Origin: Perna viridis
Lineage: Eukaryota
NCBI GenBank assembly: GCA_037379345.1
Contig: CM074511.1
Span: 12,524,001 to 12,588,000 of the forward strand
Direction of reading: 5' to 3'
Length of the DNA: 64,000 nucleotides
Shown here one piece after another: positions 13,447 through 26,200 of this stretch. The notes beneath the pieces are model-generated. The model was not told the DNA's origin. It was given only the letters and a program-made list of their open reading frames with translations, and ran no database searches. The first letter of the stretch is position 1; each line of letters opens with the position of its first letter. The translations under genes were made by a program, and so were the position numbers.

Positions 13447-16298
13447 CTGCAAAACATAAAGAAAACAAATTTTGTACAGAAACAAATTCTCTGATCACAT
13501 GTCTAGCACTGTAACCAAATAAAATCCCCTGTCATCAGTCCATGACAGCCAATGGTTAATATGAAGGGGTCAACTAGTCAATGGTCACCAACAGTATTAT
13601 ACAAATCTCAGCTCTGGTCCAATAAATGAACTTTTTCTCAACTCACAAAACACTTAAAGTATGAATGATGAAGGTTAGTTATTGACAGAATTGATCCTTT
13701 TGTTCACATGATACATTTTGGTTAATTATCATGCATTCTATAGAATTGTCATGTAATACTTATTCAGGCCCTATATTGGCATTATTTCAACTAAGAAATA
13801 TCATATCTAGCAGTCGTAACTGGATTATTATTGTTAGGACATCATTATAGAATATTGTCTGGTGTGTGTACTTTAAAATAACTTTTTTTTAAAGAGGATT
13901 TCAACATTCCATTATCAATGGTACAGTGAGCATAGTTAACATCACAGGAGAGAGTTGGTTTTTCCTTGATTGAATGACCATTGCTAAATGAGAAGCAGTT
14001 TTGAACTTGACAATTAACAAGGAAATTGAACCTCTCTAAATCTTAATCAAAGCAAGATTTTCTAGTCAATTCAAGAAAAAATTCATGGAGGATATGGTGT
14101 TGTAGTCATTTAGATATGGGCTGGGACTTAAAATTAGATTATTTTATACCAAACCTTAGCCAGGTATAAAATACAAATAAAGAGGTCAACAAATGTGTAA
14201 ATAAGTACAACATCATACCTAATATAAATTATTTCTATTCTAATATGACAAAAATGTCTGAGTCACACTGGGTTAGATAAATTGGTTAATTCATTATTTG
14301 ATGTTTGTAGGACATCACATTAGAATTTCCATTTAACTGCCTGAGAAAGTTCATCAGGTAATGGTCATCCCATCAAGGGAAGACCAACACCATACCCTAA
14401 AGTAAACTATTTTACTGGCTGTACTTAAAATCATACTACTAGTAGTAATGCATTGTTCCATCTATAATTATACAGGGATGTACATGTATCTCCAAGATCG
14501 TTCTACTATTACTTCAAAATGCAGAATGAATTCAGTCAACTTATTCCTGGCCAAGAAGCTCTATCAAACAACAATTCATGACTAGATACAGAATAAAATG
14601 CCTTGCTTAATATGGAAAACAATAACATTTTAGAATACAACATATTGCCACTTGTATAAAAGTTCAAACCCATGCCATTTCAATATTTCAAAACAACAAA
14701 AAATGATATTTTTTGAAAATGAAAAACAATTTTCCAAAAGTACATCAGACAGAATTTCTGTAATCATGTAAGTGAAAGGTATTATAAACAACATAGCAGT
14801 ACTGAACTTTTATCAATTTTTAGTCTTCTCGCCAAAGCGTATAATAAATACACATGATTAACTATTTGACAGGCAATATTGTAATTTGAGGAAGAATCAT
14901 TATCTGTAAGATAATAAAAAAAAAGTAATTTAAGATTTATTTTCTTTCTAAAAGATTTGGATAAGTCAATCAAATTTAAAACAATTCAGATAAAAGTTGA
15001 TCTTATTCTCTTCATTTAATTAATTATCATCTATTTCACAGTTTCAGTTACCTACAATACTTTGATGAAATATTTTCAGAATGATCTAATTTGGCAGCTA
15101 TAGACAAAACATCAATTTGAAAAGACTAAAACAGACCCCAGAAAAAACATGAAGATGCATTTAACTTTTACAATGCCTTTATCTGGGACCTATATTTCTA
15201 TAAACATAGGTGCAGTTATGAAAAAAATATTGTTAATTCAACACTAACTCAAGATGTTACAAATAGGTACAGACTTAATTGTCCCAACATTCCAATAATT
15301 GTTGTTGGGGGAAATTTCTTTCTTTCAGCACACAAAGCATTGATTGTAGTTTTTCTTGTTGTCAGTATAGCTTAACAATAGAAATTTTATAGGATAAAAA
15401 ATAAAGACTCTAGATCACAAATAGTTTACTTAGAATTGAGTAAACTTTACTCAAATCAAAGGTAATGTAAAGAATTTCTTGTACAAATATTGACAGTTAA
15501 TAAGCAACAACTGTTTATTGAATTTTATAGTAACTGAGAAACTTAGAAAATCCAGAGGTTTTAAGGTACAGTCCAGTGAATCTTAACAAGGATTGATTCT
15601 GTAGAATTATTCATTTTGTAAATTGGCACAATCTGGCAATACAAATTGTTTGGTAGACAGGACTCAAGAATATGATATACAACTGCATCAATGAAAAAAT
15701 GGTGCTGCTATATTGCTTCCATCCATTTCTTAAATTCCCCATCCTTAATAAGTCTATAATGACAGAAGATGATTTATCAGTTGCAAAACTTAAATGTAAA
15801 CACCAGTCCTAGTAGACTGTAAACTATAAAATCATTTCTACCTGCTCTTCCAAAAAGTTCCAAAAATACAAATCTATTTAAGAATTTAAAGGAATAACGC
15901 TTACATGTTCAAATTCAAATACACTAAGGAAATCCAATCAAATTTAACCAATCAATTTGAAACCATTTAAAAGTCACAAGGGACAGATACCACTGCTCTA
16001 AAAATGTCTAAATTACATGTGAAAATGAGGATTAAAGAAATTTGTTTCTAACTGAATAAATTTATGCAACCAATGAAAATTATATAAATGTCAATTAGAT
16101 TGCATCCTGGTATCTATTGAGGGATTACAATAGACAATAAAATATTTACTAGTCTAAGTAACTATTTTTATGCAGCATGCAGTTTTCTAATTACCCAATA
16201 ACAGTGTGGCATTAAAACCTGTTATATCTTAACTCAGAGTAACTCATTAAGAGTTGTCAGCTATTTTTAGCTGCTTTTGTAGCTGCTTGTTATACATT

Positions 16299-16737
16299 TA
16301 GTGAGTATACTGATGACCTTCACCGTGCTACTGTGAATAGTGAATATACTGATAATACATCTACCTTCACCTTGCTACTGTGATTAGTGAGTATACTGAT
16401 GACCTTCACCTTGCTACTGTGAATAGTGAATATACTGATGATACATCTACCTTCACCATGCTACTGTGATTAGTGAGTATACTGATGACCTTCACCTTGC
16501 CACTGTGAATAGTGAGTATACTGATAATACATCTACCTTCACCTTGCTACTGTGAATAGTGAGTATACTGATGGTACATCTACCTTCAACTTGCTACTGT
16601 GAATAGTGAGTATACTGATGGTACATCTATGTTCACCTTACTACTGTAAATAGTGAGTATACTAATGACCTTCACCTTGCCACTGTGAATAGTGAGTATA
16701 CTGATGGTACATCTATCTTCACCTTGCTACTGTGAAT
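16299..16737. repeat. Compound 39/47-bp minisatellite, 10 units
   Basis: A = tagtgagtatactgatgaccttcaccttgctactgtgaa (39 bp). B carries an 8-bp longer core (..ctgatRRtacatctacc.., 47 bp). Order ABABABBBAB. Confidence 0.95.
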
Positions 16738-16782
16738 AAACATCTAGTATTTTTACTTTTTGTAGAACTTTAAATAATGCCA

Positions 16783-17135
16783 ATTTGTTTAGAACCAAAT
16801 ATTGTCTCTTTGTCTAGAACCAAATACTGACTCTTTGTTTAGAGCCAAATAATGGCATTTTGTTTAGAACCAAATATTATCTTTCTGTTTAGAACCGAAA
16901 AAATTTGCATCTTTATTTAGTAACAAATATTGCCACTTACTAAAGAACAAAATATAGTCAGTTTGTATAGTTCCAAATATTGCCATTTTTTATAGAACCA
17001 AGTATTGCCTTTTTGGTTTATAACCGTAAGCTGCCTTTTTTGTATTTAACAAAAAAATGTCCAATTACTAATGTTACAAATATATCTTTTTGATAGAATA
17101 CCCAATATTAGCACTGCTCATAAAACCCATAATGT
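16783..17135. repeat. Degenerate 25-bp tandem repeat
   Basis: tttgtttagaaccaaatattg-like unit, decaying to the right. Confidence 0.8.
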
Positions 17136-17146
17136 AGTCATTTTTT

Positions 17147-17411
17147 CAGGTGTTACTCTCCAACTTTTGAAAAGAACCTTCCAATCTTTCATGAGAAATT
17201 CAACAATCTCAGGCTTATGTGCCAATGTCAAAGTGGGGGACCTTGCCAGATTTTGCGGAAATTTCTCACTTCTTATTTGAAATTTCATCTTTCAATCAGA
17301 ATAAATTACTCCAATTCTTGTGGAACATGTGATAAAAACAAACATTTTGCTATTCTCTGATTTTGAGAAAATGTTAAGAGGGAGATCTCCCACTTCAAAG
17401 ATTAACACCTA
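17147..17411. mobile_element. Degenerate TIR element (hAT-like CAGG end) inserted in the 25-bp array
   Basis: aggtgttactctccaa versus ttcaaagattaacacct. Array-like sequence (tttgcatagaacctcaatattgc) resumes after it. No clean TSD. Confidence 0.4.
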
Positions 17412-20400
17412 TGTGTTTTGCCCAATACTCTCACTTTGCATAGAACCTCAATATTGCTAATTCTTAAAAAAGAAAGAAAACCAAAGAGAAATTCTTCTAA
17501 ATTTTCAAGATTTAATTTTTTTCATTAGATCTTTTGTATTGACTGTAAAAGATACATCTCTAGTATTATTCTCTTTACTCCATTGTGTTATATATAACTT
17601 TTGAGTTGATGGTATGATTATCAGATGTTATAAGAGAATAATCATAGGATTGTGATAACAAATCCATTTCTCTTCAGTTTTCATCAACAAAGTTTTAAAA
17701 ACATAAATACAACTGCATGACTTATTACTCTACATTCAACAATTATGCCATCATAATTTCATAACACTGACATAAATAAAAGCATTCTATAAGGTTACTG
17801 ACTACTAGACTACCACCCGAATGGTGGGAAAAAAATAAGATAGATATACATATATAAGTTTATCACATTTTACACAACATAACGTTATTCAAAAGTACAG
17901 ATATCATCTAGATAACTTTGACATCATGATAGCTTCTGACATTAAGAACAAATGCTTCCATTCATCTCAGCTAAAGGATAAATACTAGAGCTTTGATTAT
18001 TTAATGAGCTAGGGCAACATGAACTTGATCAAATTCCCAACATGATAAGATGATATGATAGTGCATAGTTTTAATTTGTTTTGACAAAAGTGGGTTTGTA
18101 CTAGCTAAAAGTAATATGGTAACAAGAGTCAGGTGAACTTCGAAACTCTTGTAAAATACATAATTTTGTATATGACTAAGGTTTATAGGATAGATTTGGT
18201 AGCATTGAGCCCCTTTCATGAATATCTGTAATTGATGTTTTCCTAGAATCATCTCTTAACTTGAAATTTCATCCAATTGGTCACTTGAAAATGAAAATTT
18301 AGAGGAAATCAAAATTTCAGATATTTTTTGTAAACCTAGGTCTGAACTGCATATTAAAAGGTCTGCCAATACTGTACTTACTGTATTCAGAGGAATGACC
18401 TCATTTTCCTACTGACAAACTGGTTCCCTAAACTACATTTTTACCAGTTTAAGTGTAAACATTTCAACAAGAGAAACTTTTTGCACAATGCTCATTCAGG
18501 CTTCTAAATGCCAATGAACAACTCCTGTTAATTATGCCTGATTTTTAGGTGGAGTAATAACAGTACTAACCAATTGACAAATACCATTAAACCAGATATA
18601 AAAGTTCATCAACTTCAATGAAATTAGAATTTGGTAGGGTACAGCCAAACCTCAGGTTACAGGTTCAGATATGAAACTTACAACAACCAGATGGAGAACT
18701 TGTATAGATAACCAATCATGTAAGATTGAAGGATGTTTGTAATGTTATAAAATTCTTTCAACAGTACCAAACTTGTATGAATGAATACACATTATGGGGA
18801 TTGAGGCATCAGCTATAGAAAATGGAGTAGTAGTAATATTATAAGAATAGGATGTTTATAATACAAAAATAAACTAGAGAAAGTTTATCAGGAGATCACA
18901 GTTATACCCTTGAATTTCTCATCTCAAAGTGAAAAAATGAATGGCAATTCAATGTTAACTATAATTGATCTTATGGTCCAAAAGCATTGTGTTAAAGTTA
19001 GAATAGATTTGTTATTGCGATGGACAGATGAACAAAGTTACAACAGTGAAAATCAATGTATACTCAAAACTTGTCAATTTTGGATATAAATAGAATGGCA
19101 TCCCTTGAATAGCAACCCTTCTAATCATCACAAACAACTTTAGACAACATTCTGAGCACAGCATAAACATTGTTTCAAGCTGTAAATAATAACCCAATTT
19201 GGTAGTTAATGTAATTAGATAAAGAAATAATTCTATACTTTAATTTTATGGGAAAATCAGAAGAAGTGGACTGCAAAGTTTTCAGTCTAAAAATATTGTC
19301 AACCTATTCAACCAGGTCAAAAAGGTAGATTTCAACTGTCCTTGTCAACTTTATACATGTTTAAATACTTTTCTCTATTTATAAATGTCTAAAACAAATT
19401 CTGATTATATGCAGACCTTCATCAAAATCATGCTAGTATTGTGACGTTTATTTTTCATTGAGTAGTATGTATGAAAGTAACTGCAAAGATGAAAGTAAGG
19501 GAAAAACTAACAACTTCAATGAAATTAGAATTTGGAAAAGAATAGAATTTGGAAAGATCAACATCAATTTCCTATTATTGTATGTTCAAAATGTACCCAG
19601 TTATACCAGGGTACATAATATAGGACATAATTGACTTAATTTCTAAGTAGAATTGACATTCGCCAAAGAATGATTATTGTTTCAGCCAAAAAAAGAACAA
19701 TAAAACAGAAGTTACAGAGTACACACATTTATAATCCTCACAAAAAACATTTAACAAAACAACACCTACATATATTGAGGCTAATCAATCATAAAATTAA
19801 GATGACAGAAGTGTCTTGATCTACATTCTGTCTTCAGCCAAAAGCAAATAATGAAATTTCCTGAATGTTTGAAAATATGTCACTAAATCAGACAATGCTG
19901 AAATTTCTTTACAGAAAAATACCTACAGCAATTCTGATAAAAACAGTTAATTTCACAAAAGGTCATGTAATGAACCTTGAGTCTGGATTTGTGAGTAATT
20001 AAGTTTTTATCAGTGACATCCACATTAAAAAATCATGACTTTATTGAATTAACAATATTCCTTACTACAATGTTCTACAAATAAAGGCCTGATGTGATAT
20101 GGTTAAAACAACCATCAACCTCTGCCAACAATGAAGAAGTTGATTTTTTTACAGGAAAAAATGGGATAAAGTCAATGGTAATAGATACTTTACCGTGTTA
20201 CACATGATTTTGCCCTTATATTTTCTTCTGTGTTGTTACTTGCATGTATTTACAGAAAGAATTCATTTTTTCCAAATGCCTAGTAACATGTCAGATAATA
20301 TAGAATCTACAACCATAACAAGTTGATTATGAGAATATATTTCTCCAGGTGTGAGAAATTCCATAATTAATGAACTAAAGTTGTAGACTCTGTTTCTTTT

Positions 20401-22880
20401 AATTTTTCAAACAAAATTTCAGGCATCATTCGAAATCTGTATCATGGCAGAAATTCTAGCTATCGTCTGTCCATGACTTCAACAGTTGTTAACGGAGAAC
20501 AATGTTAGAAACATAATAATGTTGCCTTCGACCGAGGAGAATTTAGACAATCTGATATAATCACACAACAACCAATAGCCTCATTTTATTTCAGGCAATC
20601 AGCTTCTGAGAACTTGAATCTCTCTACATATGAGATATGCTTTTCTCACACCGGTCAAGAAAGATGAAAATCAGTTAAAACTTAGAGAGTTTTATAAAAT
20701 GATAACCTATTGTTAATAAGATATATTGTGCAAGTTTCAGTACTTGTGTCCTCCATGTTGGTGAATTTAAAATAAAAATAGAACAGCAAAACTTCAGTTG
20801 TCCTGAGAAACAATCTATCTAATTTAGTTTTTACTTTATAATTTGATTACCTTTGTCTGAAAAGAAATAAAACTAATGAAAAATCCTCTATCAGTAATGT
20901 TAGAATTCCATAATACAAGGTTAAGATATTGTGAGTGCAATTCAGATGCATTGTTTGCACCAATGAAATCAAAATTTGAGATATACCAATCAGTTAGTCC
21001 TATTCCTTCTTTTATAGTAATACTGTCTGATTTCCCAGTATATAATCAAAGTCCTTGCTTTCTTAAACTTGGTGTGAAACCATCATTAACAACTTAAATT
21101 GTGTCCTGAAAACCAGATAAATCACCAAGCAAGGGAATTATATAACCATTAAAGACCTCCGTTAAATCTCCATGGTTAAATGTCAAAAGAGAAATTCATC
21201 AGGAACCAGGATTCCATGAATCAAATATGCAAATAAGTGACCAATTTCTCATCCAGAACGCAAACAATCAATGCCATCTTGATGACATCAAATCGTTGAG
21301 GAAGTAATGACGTATCAAGGACCAAAACCTTTGATGTGTTTGTTAGTACTACTGCTATCAAGTTTCTAATTTCCTGATTTTTCCAATTTACTGTTTTTTA
21401 ACCATTTAGTGATAAAGAGAGTGGTTTTGAAAAGTGAAAAGAATTCTACCAATTATTATAAATGGGTCAAATGGATGATGTTTGTTTCTGCAAATATTGA
21501 CAAAGTTCAGTATAATGGGTCTTAATAGACCTGCATTCATTCCTCCAATCTATTTGACCAAGGACAATGAAACACATACATTGAATCAGTCTTGTATGGT
21601 AGCATGAAACATTCCGTGACAAAACCCTAGGAGTCCAGAACACTTTTAGAATTTAACAAACAATACCTATCAGAGTAAAGAGAAGCTTTAGGTATATACT
21701 TTGGATATATTGAATGAGTTGCTTCAAGTTTAAAGTAGAAGGTTTCAAATTACTGTTATATTGAAGTGGATTGCAAATTCACATCATAAGATAAGCAAAT
21801 AACACAAATAAATGGACTTCAATTCAAATGAATACCAGAGAATGTGCTGATATGACACTGACTTTACCATTATTCGATAAGAAAGATCTCTGACATTACA
21901 TCATACCACGATGTACATGCTGATAATTATAATTATTTATACATATATTATACCATTTTCATAGTGAAAAAATGCACTGTACATTTTAGGCAATGAATGA
22001 AAAGATGGACATATTTAGTAAAATATATCAGGTTTTACTCAACTAAAATCTGAAAAAAAATTCTAGCCACTTTAAGCCCTCTTATAGTGGGTGAATTTAG
22101 ACACTGTTTGGGTCAAATCAGCCATTATTAATCTTAGCACTAATGTATAAAACTGTACAAAATGTCTATGTAAATTCTGTGTCCCTGTACTAATCAAATC
22201 AGGTTAATTGACCAGATAAAACATATAAAATGTATTAGAGAACAAAATGCCATTGTATCTTTTAATGGTTTGATCAACTCGTGTCACTTTGATGTGGAGA
22301 GATGGAAGTTATTCCATTCCAAACATTAATATTCATTAAAGTAAATAAAATATGCAGTTATATCATAAAAAAATGACAACCCTACCTTATCATAATCGTA
22401 ATTTGATACAGCCTTTAAATTTTTAAATCAAGACATTGAAAGAAGCATAAATCAATGATAAGAGAAAACCTTTGGGAAAACAAGAGTTCTTTAATGGTTT
22501 TCTTGTTGTTTTTTCATTTGAGCAACAAAGTACCTGTTTACATGCAAAAATGTTAACAACTGATTTCAATAAAATCAAATCACCAAATTAAATTACTGGC
22601 ATGGTTCTTAAAAGTAGAAATAGGTGTTCCACATGTAAACTGCTAGTACCATCATTTCTACAATTTGGTTGGATTCACACTCGTTTTTACTTTTGTTTTG
22701 TATTGTTATCATGAAGATGAATTCATCCATTGTCTTATACACACAGAGGAATTTTTTTTAAGAAACCTACAAGAAGGAAGAACTTTACTGGGGTTATGTG
22801 TTTATCATGAATCCATCTACTAGTATTTCAATGAATTTCATTTTTGTTATTACTTTTAAAGTTTGGCCCCTTGTCATTCT

Positions 22881-23257
22881 TTAAGTGTAAGTGTTTGTAA
22901 GAATAAGGCAAATTTGGAAAAATCAGAAACATGCATGTCAAAACCCCACTGATCTGACAATGTAACATCACTCAAGGATAATTTCTCTATTTGAATAGAC
23001 CATTATTTGATCTCTGCATCACTGGCTTTGCTCAGAAATTTTTCAACAGAATCTTAGAAAAATGAGGTTTTTGAAAGAGTTATCTGCCCTTGAAATGTTC
23101 AATGAAATTGTAACTCAATGGTCCAGCACAATGGGGAAAATCTTGTCTATTTTCCTTGATTCTGATGGTGCAAATAGTCAAATTACACTATCAAAATGAT
23201 GCTTTTTTAATACCATGTTTATCCTACTACCTGATTCTTACTGGGACTGACACTTAA
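22881..23257 (+). mobile_element. TTAA-flanked MITE, copy 1 (~370 bp)
   Basis: Ends ttaa|gtgtaagtgtttgtaagaataagg ... cctgattcttactgggactgacac|ttaa. Colinear with the copy at 48914-49303. Confidence 0.8.
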
Positions 23258-26200
23258 TGTAGATAATTTTGTACATACAGAAACATGATTTTTTTTTTAA
23301 TTGAATACATTAATTTATTATCATTACAATGAATTAGAATATGATCTATAAAGTTGTATGTCAGGAAAGCTGGCAAATATGATAGAAATGTCCTTGGAAG
23401 AATCTGCCTGTTAATACTTCTAATGCAACAAATGTTGTGATTGGGAAGACACAATAAACATGTCACTATAGAGGTATTGTTTATACAATGGACTGCAGAG
23501 TTTAATATGCAAGCAGTCTATTGTGTCCAGATAAAAATTACCTCTATCATACTACATTAAATGTATCTACCCAAACAGCTATGTTGTGCTACAGTTCATT
23601 GTATTAGGATATCAGGTGTGGTAAAGTGACCCAGTGTCCCACTAAAATCATAAAGAAAGGTTGTTGGTCATATGTCTATAAAAATGCAACATTTCTTTTG
23701 CTGGTATATTAGGTAACACATTTCTCATAGCTACTTTACACATTGTTTGTTTATAATCTGATCCTGATACTTATTTCTCCAAAGAATCTATGACAAAAAT
23801 TATACTTTTTAAACATCAAATTCTTTACAATTATCTGTGACATTATGAGAGAAAAATGATTATAACCACTGACTTATATGATACCAAAATTTATTTAGAC
23901 CCTATGTAAAAAGTAATATTTAAATAATAACACTTTGTCAAAGTTATGCAAAAAAAGCTCAAGTGGAAAACCAAGAAAATAAAAATTCTGCAAAAATAGA
24001 TTTCCAAATGATAACGTCTGCAAAAGAACCAAAGTTATAGAGACAATTTTAGAGAAATTCATGACATGGAAAAAAATCTGATAGCAAGAAAAAAAGTAAG
24101 AAACAATTACTGAGGAGGAAAAATAAATTGAGAATAATTTCCAAACCAAGCCAGGTAAACATCAATACCTCAAACATCAGTACTGAAGGGTCTATAGAAT
24201 TCTGCAGGAAGTAGTATATGTGGTGAGGATATCGGACTGTTACAGTAATAACTCCTCAGCCAATAAGACTGTTCTACAATAAACATTATAGAGGGGAATA
24301 TTGCTTTACTGGTGTTAGTTCCTAATCAGGTTGTCGCTGACAAGGTGCATAAGACATGGCTTGTAATTTTGTTAACATACGATTCCATATATACTAATCA
24401 GTTTGGATTTATTATTTCTAAAAATATTGTGCTTCTTAAATTAAGGTAAGGAAATTAACTTTTTATTTATTTGTTAATTAAACAAAAGAAATTTGACTGA
24501 ATATTATTCTAATATTGGTAAAAGATTTTAACTATACAATTAGATCCTTTTTTCAATGTGATAAGGACAGGAAATTAAAAATACAGTGATGCTATTTACA
24601 ATTGTAAAAGAATTTGACAATTATAAGTGGGGGTTTTATATGGCTATTTAACTAGTGGAAGTGTAATCATCCTGTTACTGAGGTTGGAAGCCAATCGCAG
24701 GGATGTTAGATAGATAGGTAACATATCAGATTCAGTGTATATCAATATTATTAGATTTACTTCATACATTTACCAGGTGTTGTCCATTTCAGGTAAGACA
24801 AATTTTGAAAAGTAATTCGTATTTTGAAAAATTATGAAATACTTCAGAAATATTGAAAATTTTATTTGATAAGAGGCTAACACCATGCATTATAAACAAG
24901 ATATGTTGCAATGAACTGAATAAATACATTGCAAAAATTAAAAATATTAAATGCTTCTTGGTTTGGCAGAAGAATCCTCATCAATTGGAAAAATAAAATT
25001 AAATTGCTCAGCTGAACACTTTTTTTTTTACTTTCTTTGTTTCCAAGTATAATATACCAACTAGTACAAGATGTACTACTTACAGTGACTAAGTGGGTGT
25101 TATTGTGAAGGAAACGTTTCAATGCTATTTAAGTTTGGTATAATATCACTATCAGTATATTGCTGATTAGTGAGGGGAAGAAAGACAGAGGAGACAAAGG
25201 AAAAGTTAACAATTTATTTGGAGAAAAAAATAGTTATTACTTAACTTGTTTGGATTTATGCAAAACTTCATCGATGTTGAATAATTTAAGGTAAGGCATA
25301 CTCAAGTCTATATTACCTAACGAGTTCCAATACTAATTTGAAAGAGAACTATTGACACTCTAAAATTAAAATGCAAAAATATTTTAATTGAATGGGTTTA
25401 TTATAGATGACATTTAGCTGAAAAATAACTTGTAATGTTGTACAAAATGTAAAGGGAAAGGAAAATAATTTTCATTTCTCTTACTCTAAAAAATCAAAAC
25501 ATGATTCAGTAAGAGTGTAATTTCAGATCAAACTGGTGCTATTTTTGTTTCCAATATATCCTGAAGTGAATTTTTTTTACTGTCATGTTTTACTTGTTTC
25601 AGAAGATAAAAATAAGGTTTGTAATGATCATCTTACATAAATACTACATTTTAGGCTCAAATTTTAAACATTACACTATCTATATGTTTGTTTTGTAATA
25701 ACCCAATTCTGTTACGTGAATGTGAGGAAAATATTCACATAACAAATAAGAACTCATGTTTAATCAAAATAATGTTTATTAAACTATAAGAAGTTTCTAT
25801 AAAATGCAAATTTTGTAATAATCATGGCCTTACTGCTTCTCTTGTGAAGTATTTTTCAACATGGTTTTAGAGTAACATTTAAAACAAGTCAGAACTGAAA
25901 ATGATGTTGTGGTAGTAAGTTAAACAATTATATCATTGCAACTTTCTATATCATCTTAAAAAAACTGAATCCTTAAATGTACTAGTAACACTGATGATTT
26001 AAACAAAAATGGATTTAAAAGTTTCCTATTTAAAATTTTCATCTCATTTATCTTTAAAACTGTTTCACAAAGAAAAAAACAATTTTGTGAACAAATAATC
26101 AAGATGTATTTTATTTCCATTATTTTTTCAAATTCACTATAAAAGAGCAAATAAACCATTGTTTGTAATACATGTAAGTTTGCTTTCAAAATCATTATGG

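Noticed and set aside
16299-16737. Tandem hammerhead ribozymes (CTGATGA in A units)
   Set aside because: No GAAA with stem III/UH geometry. The GAA is inside the hairpin, and most B units lose the motif.
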